From NCBI GenBank assembly GCA_037447605.1, contig CM074816.1, forward strand, positions 2,198,525 to 2,262,524: a stretch of DNA of 64,000 nt, written 5' to 3'. How positions within the stretch are numbered: position 1 is the first letter of the stretch; every line of letters starts with the position of its first letter. The position numbers and the translations under genes are program-made. The stretch comes from Zygnema circumcarinatum SAG 698-1b (lineage: Eukaryota; Plantae; Zygnematophyceae). This document shows, piece after piece, positions 35,988-48,000 of this stretch. The notes under the pieces were generated by a model. That model had not been told where the DNA came from and made no database searches. It was given only the letters and a program-made list of their open reading frames with translations.

Positions 35988-38900
35988 TCAATCTAATAGA
36001 GGCAGGGCCTGCGAGAGCCCCCCAAGGAAGAGGCCCTCGTGGCGGGACTCCACGCGCCGGATCACCTTCACCGCCTGCATACATGCAACCGCCAGCCGCC
36101 ATGGCGTGTCATGGCGTGTCAGACTCCCGGCGGCTGCTGGCCATGGCACCAGAGAGACGCAGCGTAGACATTGCATTCTATCCATCGCAGAACGAACCCT
36201 CATAGGACGAGGTGCACGGACTGACCTGATCCGCCCAATCCGAGGTGGCGATGACGACCGTGAGGGCTATGCTCTGCCCGACAATGCCCACCAGCATCCC
36301 CAAAAGCAGCCCCTGCCCTCGCCCCGCCCCACCACGCCTGTCAGGACGGCTGCAGACAAGAGAGGGGGGGAACATGGAAAAGAGTTTCCAGTGACCTGGA
36401 GACAGTCTGGAAAAAAACTGTTCCTTCATCTCCTCGCCCTCTATAGGAGTTGTCAAATAACATCCTCCACTGCGGACAAGCAGACTATTGAGGGCCCACC
36501 TATGCAGCTTTCTAGCATTTCCGCAGAAGTCTTCCGCCACCCGACTCAGTAAAATGTCCATCTTAGTCGCCGTATACAACAGGACGAGAAGGGGAGGGGA
36601 AGTACCAGCACGCCCTTGTTCAGCCCAAAGGTGAGGTAGCACGCGGAGGCGAGGCCGAGGGCATCCGCTGTCAAGTTGATGATGGCGCCAAACGTCTGCT
36701 CTCCGCAGCCTCGCACCACCCCTGAACCTCAACTCCACACAAAACCCTATCAGTCACGTGAATACTACGGATACGTAAGGATTTTCAAGGATTGGCTCCT
36801 GACGAACAGAATAAAGGGTGGCAGGAGGGAAGGTGACAAGTAAGACAATGCATGCACTCATGGAAACACGCATTGGCATTTGTTGACCGTTTAGTCTTCT
36901 GTAATGTCACAAACAGTGTTAAGGTTTGCACGTGAATGGTCGGCCGGTGGGCAAAAAATGGAAGCGCGGTCTTTGTGTTGCAATCAACACAGTAGCCACG
37001 ATGGTGGATGCCTTGTTCACAAGCAAGTCGCAGTATGGCCAAAACGACATAGATGTGGAGAATCCTCGCAAAACCTTCTGAAGGGCTCATCGGAAATAGC
37101 CACATCCTCAAGAAATGCCATGTAAGGCAACAACAACGGCTCGTTTTTCCATATTGCCTGACGAACTCTAAAAAAACGAAAAAAAAAGAAACCCACCAAG
37201 AAGAGGGGCCACCAACCTATAAGTCCTTCCTGGATGGTGTCTATGACGACCATGGCTGCCAGGAGCGGCATGAGCCGCGCGGCGTGCTCCGCCGCCATGT
37301 CGTCCTCGCAGAAGAGCCGCGGCAGCACCCTCCGCAGCGCGAGGAGGACCCCTCCGAGGGCCGCCCCCGCGGCCGCGCACACGGGCAGGCCCACCGCCGC
37401 CGCGTGCTTTGCGCTCCGCGGACGACCCGCCCCCATCTCCTTCGACACGCGCGTGCTGGGGGAGAGGGAGAGGGAGAGGGAGGGGCAGCCCCGCGCACAC
37501 GAGTCAGGGGAGAGAGAGAGAGAGGGAGGGAGGGAGGGAGGGAGGGAGNNNNNNNNNNGAGGGAGGGAGGGAGGGAGTGGCGGAAGTAGAGAGGAGCTTT
37601 TGAGGGGGAGATGGATGGTGTGGCAGGGCGGGAGAGGAGTAGGAGACGGTGCGAGGCATAGATGAGTACGTCTGGCTAGAGAGTTTTGGGAGAGATAAAG
37701 TGAAACTGGAACTGCTGTGCAGTTTTGCAGGTACGATAGGAGTACCTCAGAGCTGCGCCGAATCCGAAAGCAATCGTAAATGCAAAGAAGAATAGGAAGA
37801 GTCTGCCAGGAAGAAACATAACTTCACAAGAGATTAGAGAAGGTACTAAGCAGAAAGCGAAAGGAGGGACATGAGGAAAACGGGGAGAGTTAAGATGCAC
37901 TTTCGTGCAAGGAGGGCGGCCAAGAAGCAGAAACACAGACAAATGTGATAGTTTGCAAACATAGAAAGGTTAGAGGGAAAGTAGAGAGCTTCTTGTGAAA
38001 AAAAGATTAAGCGGCCAAAAAAAAGGAGTGGTTCAGAAATAACAGTACTTACATAATAGCAACTACGGAGAGCTGCACTTCAGCAGAGGGCAGTAATCCT
38101 GCCATGGGGATGATGCCATGCACTCCCCATGTCTCCATGCTGCATCCCCTCAGCCCGTCCTTCCCTCATACAGTCAAAATTCCAAAAAATAGTGCTTCTG
38201 TTCGCCTCATACTCCCCTCGAGATAAATTACATAAGCCTTTCCATCTCAAATGAACAGCCGAATGAGTTCCTACCATGCAATAATTGTTGAGGGGAGCCC
38301 AAGGCGGATGAAGTGGCCAATGTCCTGCAGAGGCTCCCATGAGAAGGCGCCGCCTTTCACATGCGAGAAAGAGGGCGACCTCCACGCGCACACTGCTAGC
38401 ATGAGCAGGTTAATGCAGTATGAAAGCGAGGTAGCCATGGCTGCTCCTCTTATTCCAAATCCTGCCCTGCAGAAGACACGCCGCTCACTGCCATTAAGGG
38501 CCTATAGGACTTCCCAGGTCTTCCGGCACAGCTTGACTGACAAAGCTAAAAAGGACAGCTTGCGGTTCACGAGAGGTGACACAAGTAGGGCAGAAGAAGG
38601 GAAGGAGAGGAGATACGTGTAGATAAGGAGCCAGCTGCTGGGGATATGTACCAGCAAGGTTATGGCTGCGCATATCTCCATGGGCATAGTTATGTTCTGC
38701 ACCTGTGCTTCCCCCCCCCCCGCCTCTCTCTAATGTAAGCATCTGAAATGAACCCCGCCCCTGCCAACCCCAAACCTCTGAACCCTAAACCCCAAAATGT
38801 GTCCTCCCGCCTCCCCCCCCCCCCCCCTACCCCCCACCTGCAGAAAGCGGATGATTGGCTGAATCCAGGCATTGGCCAGCAGCGCGGGCAGCAGCCACGT

Positions 38901-40585
38901 GGCGTACTGCCCCGCGAGGTGCGCTACGCCCGCCTGCTGCCCCGTGGCAAGGAGGAGGGGCTCCGCGAACCACCAGATGGCGGCCAATGGGACGCAGCCA
39001 CCTGTCAGCACCAGCAGCGCGCGCTGCAGGTACACGACCTGCAGGACCGGATCCTTTGCGACCTTCGCCTGCGCATAGAGCGTGGAGAGGGCGCCGGCCA
39101 GACCCATCTGAATGGCCCCCCGCGCTACATGGATTCAGTTTCACTGAAACACTGAAACTGAGCACTTGAAAACTGCATGTTACATGCTAATATTGATGTG
39201 ATGCGTCAGATTTGAGGTTGCATGGCGCTAGCCTCGACAGGTGATATCACATTGCGTACCAACATCCAGCATCACATCTGTCTGTTATTTGCTCATGTGT
39301 GCACAAAATATTTCACTCTTCGAATCATCAAACTGGTGATCCTGGACAGTATGCATACCATCCATTTCTCTACTCCTCTCCCAGTTTTCTTCTCAGGTGA
39401 ACTTTTCTGATACTTTCACCAAGTCACCGATGCAGACTACTCAGAAGACTTCAGCACATTTCCGAACGCAGCGTCGTAAATGCCATTTTTTCCATGCATC
39501 TGAGAGCATCACCTGTGAGACTAAATCTGACTTCTGTGCATTGTTCCCCAGCAAGGCTAGGGGGTGATTAGGTGGCCTTCAAGGAATCACTGAAACAATG
39601 CTCACCAAAATGACGTGGCCGGTAACACGTGTCAATCCGACGGCCAAAAAGGAGGCTGCCAATTCGACTAGCCCGAGATGTCCCACCATAATAATGGACG
39701 TCATGCTCACCATAAACTGCACAAAGCAGCTCTCAAGTAACACGTCTAAAGTAAGGCCTTCCAGTCATCGGAAAGCGCTGCTCATATAGCAGACTCAGCG
39801 GTGATGCGCTACTTATATAATTAATTTTACTAAACTAGAAAAAAAAACCCCACACTCTATTCATTACCCGTCAAATAGGGATGACAATCGCAGTTAAACC
39901 AACCATCTAAACGCCTCCAGAACCATTCAAAACCTTCCATACATACCCAAATACCCGACTGAAACCCCGCGCTTCCGCGACTCACCTGCAAGAGATTGCT
40001 CCCCACCAGCGGAAACGCGATGCCCAGAATTTGACCCAACTCTCCAACGAGGCCGAGAGCATATCCTTCCGGCCGCACGTCATGCCCCGAAGCGACCAGC
40101 AAGTAAGCCACAACTCCTCTTGAAGCACCCTCGTCATTACTAGCGGGGGGAGAGACATAGCCATCCGGATCTCCATTCGGCTGCGCTCCTCTCCGAGAAG
40201 GGGAGGAGAGAAGCCCCCTCCAGCCTCCGTCCGCTTGCGAAGAAGGGGGTTCAGATCCGCCATATGTGAAGGTGACACCAGAGGAGGAGGGGAGAGAGGT
40301 GACCCAGTAAGGGAGGCGGGGGAAGGAGGGCAGCCATGAGCCCCAGTGAGGGAGGCGGTCGGAGAGCACCGCCTGCAGGGCCCCCGAGAAGGAGCAGTCG
40401 ACCGGCTCAGGCGGCGAGGGCGGGTACGCGCTCTCCGGGTCGATCTCTTCCCCGTATACGGCCCGCCTCCTCCCCGGCTTCGCCTCACCCTCCTCTCCGA
40501 AGCGCAGGAGCCGCGGCATCGTCGATACGGAGGAGGCATGGCCGCCCTCCGCGGACGCGGCGACGAGGTACGACAGGGAGCTCAT
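35988..40585 (-). CDS. MATE/DTX family efflux transporter
   Basis: ELGQILGIAFPLVGSNLLQ; IIMVGHLGLVELAA; MGLAGALSTLYAQA; PIIRFLQVQ; FIRLGLPS; AGLLPSAEVQLSV; STRVSKEMGAGRP; GVVRGCGEQTFGAIINL. All exons join by GT-AG; stop at 35988-35990. Confidence 0.88.
37549..37558. other. Assembly gap (10 N) inside a (GAGG)n tract in a MATE intron
   Basis: Ns in the sequence. Confidence 0.99.
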
Positions 40586-41295
40586 GGGAGGCGGGAGATG
40601 ATAACGGCGCTGAGGGCGGCTGCGTGCAGAGCGTCATTTTAGGGCATGTCACGAAGCCCCAACTCGGAACAAGCCGCGCTGAACCCTAATCCTAACTGGA
40701 GCTTTGCCGCTGAATGTGCAGCTGTCATTCTCGACGAGTCGCGCTGGTCGCAGCAGGATGGAGGAGGCCGCGGGTGCGCGGAATTAGGCTGCTGATCTCC
40801 TATCTGCCGGTGAAATAGTAGCAGCCCGCCATGGATTCATCTCCGTCTGCTCCCACTTCTCCCTCCCTCTCTCTCCCGCGCTCTATCTCTCTCACTCTCT
40901 CCCTCTCCCTCACGCCTCCCACTCTCGGCGGGCACCAAAAAGCGCGAGTGGGACTTCCAAGACGCCGTTCCATGTGACGCCGAACCGCTCGGTTAGACTT
41001 TAAACTGAACGGGATTTTCCCGTATCATGGAACGTGTCAGAATATCCCGCGCAAATCGCGCCACGTGTCGCGCTCAGAGTCGTCAAGATGGCCGACGGAG
41101 GGCCTGACGGCCTGCCGGCCTGCCACGCGGACAGGGGCTTTTGTCGCATCCGACGGTGAATGTACGAACGTTGTACGGCACCGACAACGCGCGCCGAAAG
41201 CGCCCGCCGGATTCTGCGCGGAGCCGGCGGCGAGGCCGGGCTCCATGCGCCGCGGAGCGTGGTGCAGGTACACGCAGCGTGGAACGGAGACACGT

Positions 41296-41348
41296 TTGCC
41301 GGAGAGTTCAGTTCTGCGTTGCGTTGAAAGAACTGAACTCTCCGGCAA
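41296..41348. repeat. Perfect 20 bp inverted repeat with a 13 nt loop, followed 12 nt later by CTAG|T
   Basis: TTGCCGGAGAGTTCAGTTCT (41296-41315) pairs with AGAACTGAACTCTCCGGCAA (41329-41348); CTAG at 41361-41364. Confidence 0.9.
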
Positions 41349-42180
41349 GGTCAGAAACCACTAGTAATCTGGCTGCGCTGAGTAATACTCGTTGGGCCGG
41401 GTGGGAGGGCGCAATCAAACAACTGTCCTCGATCTCATGAGGGCGGCACGCTCTCGAACGCACATGCACGAAAGAATTCGAGTGTCGAATGAATCCATGC
41501 GAACCGGCCGCATTCGATTTAGTGATTGCCAGCAATAGCTAATGATTTAGAACCATTTGTAGGAAACTGTGCTACAGAGACTCCGCGGGTTTAGGCCCGA
41601 TTCTACGGTCTGATCCATTATGAACTACGGCAAAAACTCCAGAACTTCGACATGCCCAATACCGCACAACAGGATCGCGTGACCACGGCAGTGTTGTGCC
41701 GCTTTCACGAAAAGTAGTATTCACAAAATGTTGCTCTCCAGCCAACTGGAGGCAGGTTGCTACCATCCACATTCGGTTCCAAGAACATCCGGGAAGGAAT
41801 ACCTGCATTGCACTCTTCGGCAATGAGGCGAGGCGGATGTGGCTCAAGGTTGGGATTAGTAACCTGGCATACAAGACAGCCGTTAAGTGGCTTCCAGCTT
41901 CAACCGCGACGCTGTGCGGCTGAATGCCTGTGATTTGAAGCTCGAGTTTACTCCAGAAGGGTGCAGACAGGGTCAAGATCAGTCGATCAGCATGCACAAC
42001 AAACCAACTCGTGAAGAGGCAAGGCACTCCAGTGAATGTACGGGAAAGCCATGGGGAAAGAGTCACAAAGCTGGGGGAAGAACCACATAAGTTAGACCAT
42101 AAGCCCTAATTGACACAATTATTCCAAAATTGGATCCTGACCTACCATTCTCTACCCTACACTTTTGACATGCAGCATAT

Positions 42181-43633
42181 TTACAATCCAATGGCGGCGA
42201 GAGGTGTGAGGCCGTTGCCGGCCTCGAAGTAGAAGATGAGCATGGCAAGCATAGCCAGCCTCGAGTGCTTGATCTCGGCCTGCTGCAAGGTCGCCAACTT
42301 CTCGAAGTCTGGCACATAGGCGCCGCCGGACACCTTTCCTGCCAAAGCCAGGGGATCGAAGAAGCGGCCTCCGGGGTAGCCCTGCTGTCCGGTGGCATTC
42401 GCAAAGTTCTCAGCAGTGCTGCCAGAATCTGTCCAGGGGAAGCCCCATTCCAAAGCCTGCGTTCCGGGGTTGAAGAAGTCAACACCGCGCTTGGTCTCCA
42501 CCCAGCCAGTGAGGAGGAGCTGCGTTCCCAGGAGGGAGCCGAAGGAGAAGGGGGAGACGGCGCCGGGGGCAGCTCCTGCCTCGAACCAGGGGATGCCGCT
42601 GAAGGACTGCCCAATGAAGATACCCACGACAGCGAGCATGGCAAGGCGGCCGTGGATGAGCTCTGCCTCACGGTACCATTTCAACGAAGCAGGGTCCTTT
42701 CCAAGGCCGAGGGGATCAAAGCCGAAGTCTCCAGGGAGGCTGCATTCACCGTGAGGAGAAGGAAATTAATCATTGATGGAAACAACTTGCATACAAGCAG
42801 TATCGGGTTCAACAGGACACTAGATGAACACGTTAACGAACCAACGTATACAAAATCCGAAATCTATCTGCCAAAACTTCGATCTGACGAGCTTGTAGGG
42901 GAAGGTCTGAAAACCCGGAAGGTCAACCAGGCGTGACACGAGTAGAAAGCCAAACCAAAGATGGCATATGGTGCTTGGTACTTAAATGCAGAGCATGAGA
43001 CATTTGATTGATTGATTTGAACCATTCGATAACACTGTTGGGCAGGACTTCTATATTTCAAATGCTATCAGCTGACTGTCAGCAACTAGCCGTAAAGACT
43101 TCTCATTGATGGAAAAGTGAGGGGATGTAGGAAAACCTCGACGCAGGACATTACACCAGACATCAGCCACATCGTTGGCTCCTACAGGCTAGCTGACAGC
43201 TGCATAATCGCTCGATCATAGGACTGAACTCCTAAACAGCTTACATTACACGTCTAGTAAACGGATCTTCCAAAACTGATGAACAGGGGCTTGACCTAAG
43301 TTTTGGAAGTGAACGTCATTGACCACGATTGAAGTCACTTGCGCAAATCAAGGACAAGACACGTCCAACAGGTCAGTGAACACACCTGCGGTCCAACCAC
43401 TCTGGCGATGTCAAGGCAGGGAAGTTCACTCCCGGAAGCCATGTCTGGGGGCCCTTTCCTACCGGCTTGGCCTTGGGGGCAGACACCTTCTTGGTGGCCA
43501 TGGCGACGACACGGCAGCCATTGCTGATCCCGAAGCTCGGGCGAGCGACGGAGCTGAGCTTCTTCCCCTCAGAGATGAAGGCAGTCTGCGACACCACCGC
43601 GGCGGAGCTGGTCATGGTCATGGCGGCGGCCAT
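42181..43633 (-). CDS. LHCB6: Light-harvesting chlorophyll a/b-binding protein CP24; exons 43633-43386 and 42739-42181
   Basis: [60 protein letters not shown] and [21 protein letters not shown] are diagnostic of Lhcb6 as I recall the family. Confidence 0.93.
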
Positions 43634-43744
43634 GGCTGCTGGACTGGCTGAGCGACAGCAGACTGGGCTGGAGAGTGAGTGCGAGCAGCGCCTTCTCGTC
43701 CGGTTGGGGAGGAGTTAAGCGCGGGCGAGATGAGGGCTGCGCGC

Positions 43745-44214
43745 GCTGATTGGCGGACGTGGCCTCGTCGGCGCCTCCCATTGGCCACCGCGCGCGGGCC
43801 CCGCGATTCCAGATAGGGCGCCGGCCAATCGCCCAATCGCGCGGGCCCCAAAGCGCGCCTCGCTCGCGACAGGGCCCCAACTTTCCAATTTCGATCGCGC
43901 AGGAGGCCGCGGAGGCCGCCACGTGGCTCCGCGCGGCCCTACGATTGGTCGGGTCTCCCCTCTGACCGGAGCCGGGGACGACGCGTTTCGTACGGCACAA
44001 TATACAGTACAGTACAGTACAGTACGAAATTACGTCGTACTGTACGGTAATTCAGAAAATACGTACAATCCAGCGCGGGGTTTGTTCTGAAAAACTGAAA
44101 AACTGGATGCCGGTTGGCGGTTGGCCAGGTTGTGGGGACGGGACGGACACGTGTCGCGCTGCTGCGCGAACACGTTGTTCAGCGCGAATCTCGTGTCGCT
44201 GACTTCTCCACGTG
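43745..44214 (-). promoter_or_regulatory. LHCB6 upstream region with G-boxes and CCAAT boxes (light-responsive type)
   Basis: CACGTG at 43920, 44148 and 44209; several CCAAT/ATTGG between 43748 and 43950; (TACAG)4 at 44003-44025. Confidence 0.5.
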
Positions 44215-44331
44215 GCGGCGTGCGGTTGGTGGTGAAAACAGGTTTGGATTTCCATGTCCCTAGCTCGCCTTAATTCGAGGATTCGATTGGATTGAGCGTT
44301 GCAATAGTCGACTCATCGAGAGTTGAAAGTT

Positions 44332-44599
44332 AGCGAAAGAGACAGAGAGAGCGAGAAAGAGAGCGAGAGAGCGAGAAAGAGAGCGAGAGAGAGCGAGCGA
44401 GAAAGAGAGAGAGCGAGAAAGAGAGACAGAGAGCGAGAAAGAGAGAGAGCGAGAAAGAGAGACAGAGAGAGCGAGAAAGAGAGAGAGCGAGAAAGAGAGA
44501 GAGAGAGCGAGAAAGAGAGACAGAGAGAGCGAGAAAGAGAGAGAGAGCGAGAAAGAGAGACAGTGAGCGAGAAAGAGAGAGAGCGAGAAAGAGAGAGAG

Positions 44600-44679
<80 letters not shown>

Positions 44680-44800
44680 CGAGAAAGAGAGAGAGCGAGA
44701 AAGAGAGACAGTGAGCGAGAAAGAGAGAGAGCGAGAAAGAGAGAGTGAGAGCGAGAAAGAGAGACAGAGAGAGAGAGAGAGACAGAGAGAGAGAGAGAGC
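44332..44800. repeat. ~470 bp compound polypurine (GA) minisatellite, unit approx. GCGAGAAA(GA)n with GACAGA/CAGTGA variants
   Basis: Nearly pure purine strand; the ERER/SLSL ORFs over it are artefacts. Confidence 0.95.
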
Positions 44801-45067
44801 CCAGTATCGTCTAACAAGCTAGCTCGCTAAGCCTTCACATTACTTATCAGCAAAACGCAGAAGAATAACAAAATATCCGACGAAAGAATAACGTGGTTAC
44901 ACTCATTTTCCAAGACCTAGCAATCAATCATGGCCTCCCATTGCAACAAGCAGCTGGCGCCTTAACTGCCAGAATAAGCTATACCTTTACAAAACGGCAC
45001 CCCCAACTCTTTTGCCTTCCTTATTCCTCTCCCTCCCATGAGCCCACTTGGGAGATGGCTCCCTCCC

Positions 45068-48000
45068 TCAGGCAGACGCGAGGGCCGGCTCCAACACTTG
45101 ATTGGGCAGCAGCCGACTTCTCAGAGTCATCCACAGGCCCTGCTCCACCGCCAACCAATCCTAGGGTTGTTACTCACAGCTTGCCATGGCGGAATTGGAG
45201 CTTGCCAGTCTTTGAATCATCCTCTTTTGCTCTCTAAAGGAAGGCTTGGTCTCCGACCAGAGGAGAGAGGAGAGCGGTGGTTTGGACTCACATATTTTGT
45301 GTGGATGGTGGCGCCTGTGGTCATGACAATGGCCTGATCGGGCACGAGCTCGAAGTCAAAGCGCTGAATGAGCACAGCGAGGGCCACAATTGCCTCCAAC
45401 ATTGCAAATTGGTCGCCAACACACTTGCGGGGTCCACCGCTGAACGGAATATATCTGCCACCAAGTAACCCAAGCACATCACTTTTTGAGTTTCTGGAAG
45501 TTCAAGATACTGCTTGCCAGGAGATAAGTCACATTCAGGATGGAAGACATAAGAAGCAACAGAAAATAAACTCTTGCCGTACCATTTTGTATGCCAAAGT
45601 GATGACATGAAGCCCCCTGTGAATGATATCGTAATACATGTTCACAGCAGGAGGGCATGGCACAGAACAACACCTGAAATCTGTGTTGACCTCATTAGGC
45701 ATGGGTCCCTCCAACCCGAATCGCTCTGGTAAAAACTCTTCAGCCCGATCCCAAACCTGCAGAAGACGTCTCCTCACCCTTCTCCAAAGTCAAGTTTTAT
45801 TTATATTCGCAAGAGAATGCCACTTCGCAGAGCGCTGTCACCCAGAATTCCACATGAGGCAGCATTTTGAAAAAGGTGATATGCGCACCATGGAGTGCAG
45901 CACGTGAAAAGTCAGAAGTCCAAACTTTCACGACGTACCTGTGGAGAGTGGTGAACGTTGTAAACAGAAATCATGACATCTTGTCCCGCCTCTACCTGGT
46001 AACCTCCAGGCAGCACATCCGGCTCCTGCGCTCGTCGAATCAGAACCTGCAATCGACCCCAATAGCCATCTCAAAACACAAGAAGTTGCTTCCAAACAGC
46101 TACCTTTGCTCATCTGTAATAGCAGCCTCAGGGGTTTCACGCTTATAGTGATTCTTTTTACAAATGAGATATGAGGACAGAGGAGATGGTGGAGAGGGCC
46201 TTACAGGGGGATGGGGATAGAGGCGCATGGACTCATTTATGCAGCGGGTCACATATTTCAAGTCGCGTGTATTCGAAAAAGTCGGTTTTTGCCCTTGCAG
46301 AACGTCCCGGACCTCTGCCTGAGCCTTTGCCAGGGCTTCCGGGTTCTGCAATCTTAAACAGTACCAATCAGAACACACCATAACAAAACAAAAAAAAACG
46401 AGAAGGAGAGAGGTGAGAAGCAGAGAATGAGTGGGAGCGACAGGCAACAGGCATACGAAGAGATAGACAGAGTGCCTTTCAATGACTTGAAAAAGCAGAG
46501 CAGAGCAAAGTTGAGCCCTTCGACTAGCCATAGCACGAAGGCTGTATAAGGCTCCCACCTTAGCGAGCAAATAGACTGTCCACGTCAGCACCGAACCTGT
46601 GGTTTCATGCCCAGCTACCAACATGGACAGTAGATCGTCTCGCAGCTGCTGGGCTGACACCTGTCCCACCTCAACAGGCAGTTCTCAGACCCTTCCCAGT
46701 CTCTTTCCATGCTTTCTATAAACAACCCTATTCACAAACAGCACTTCTACAGAGCTGTTCAAATTATCGCATTCTGAGGGCATCCTTCTGACCTCTTCTC
46801 TGCTTGCCAAGAGGAATCTGAGCACGCTTGGATCGGTCTCATTGACATACTCTTCACCCTCAACTCTCTCCCCCTCCGCCTCCACCATGGCTCGGCACTT
46901 CGCCACAAGCTCCTCTACTGTCCTCTGAATCAATGCAACCGCAGCTGCTGCTTTCCGCTGCCGAGGGACTAATTGGCAGAGGAGAGGCACCTGTACCAGC
47001 AATCACAAGTAATATATAGGTTTGAGGAATTTGAGAACGTCAGAGTCTTCTTCCTGTGCTATAGTTTTCGGGTTTGTTAAAGGCCTACCTTGTTCTTACC
47101 TTCCAATAGGGCAAAATATCAGTGGATCTTGACTCCGTTTCCTTAAGAGCTGTGTACACCGCCTGAATGAGGGGACTGTCTGATGTCAGTGAATCAAAGT
47201 CGTAGTTGAAAACTGCCTTTCCGATGACATCAAGTGTCAGCTGCGAAAACTGCGCTTCCATATTCACCGGTGTTCCTTCCTTAGCCATTTTTCCTAGTTT
47301 CTCCACTAATCGGTCCGAACACGAGCAGAAGACATTGTCCACCATGATTTGGAGATAACGACGATGAAGGGATGGAACCACAGCTTTCCGTCGCATCTGT
47401 ACCAAAACAAACGACTTAGTTCCGTCAAACCCTGCGAGAATTTGGCCGCAACAAAAGTCATATCCAAAATATAATTCAAATTAGTACTGATTATGTTTAC
47501 ATCCTTCATGCACAAAGGAGTCTCGTGTCCGTGCACGAAAGCCATTCAATAGAATTCGTTTACTTCGGAGGATCCTGGAGACTTGTGGTCCAAATGTATG
47601 ATGAAGTTTAAAATGAATTCACATTGAAGGGACTTACTGTCCATAGCTCGCCTTCTGCAATAGCAAAGCCGGAGCCGAACAGAAACTCAGCGACCTCTAC
47701 CACAAGACCCTTCGAATATTTGCCATACGCCTTCAGGACATGCTTCGCCGCCTCAGGCTCCCCAATTATCACAAAGTTCCTTGGACCTGCCGCCAACCTG
47801 GGGATCAAGGCAAGATCATTACACATCAGATCACCAAGAAGCCAAAAAGCATTGAAGTTGGGGTCAGATACGGGAAATTGGATGCATAGGCACGGAAGAG
47901 AAGGAGGAGTGGAGGTAGAAGCACGGGGGGAAAAGGAAGAGAGGAAGTGTGAATATAAAGGCGACAGAGGAATGAAGACAAAACCTCAGCTTAAAAGTGT

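Noticed and set aside
38764-38797. Telomere-like CCCTAAA/CCCCAAA words in a MATE intron
   Set aside because: Only one exact unit; too degenerate to call an interstitial telomere.
41296-41315. Partial resemblance of the hairpin arm to miR399 (UGCC...GGAGAGUU)
   Set aside because: It needs a 3 nt gap, the 3' part does not match, and the stem does not extend beyond 20 bp.
44260-44817. 185 aa and 141 aa ORFs (SLSL.../ERER...)
   Set aside because: They are translations of the GA/CT array.
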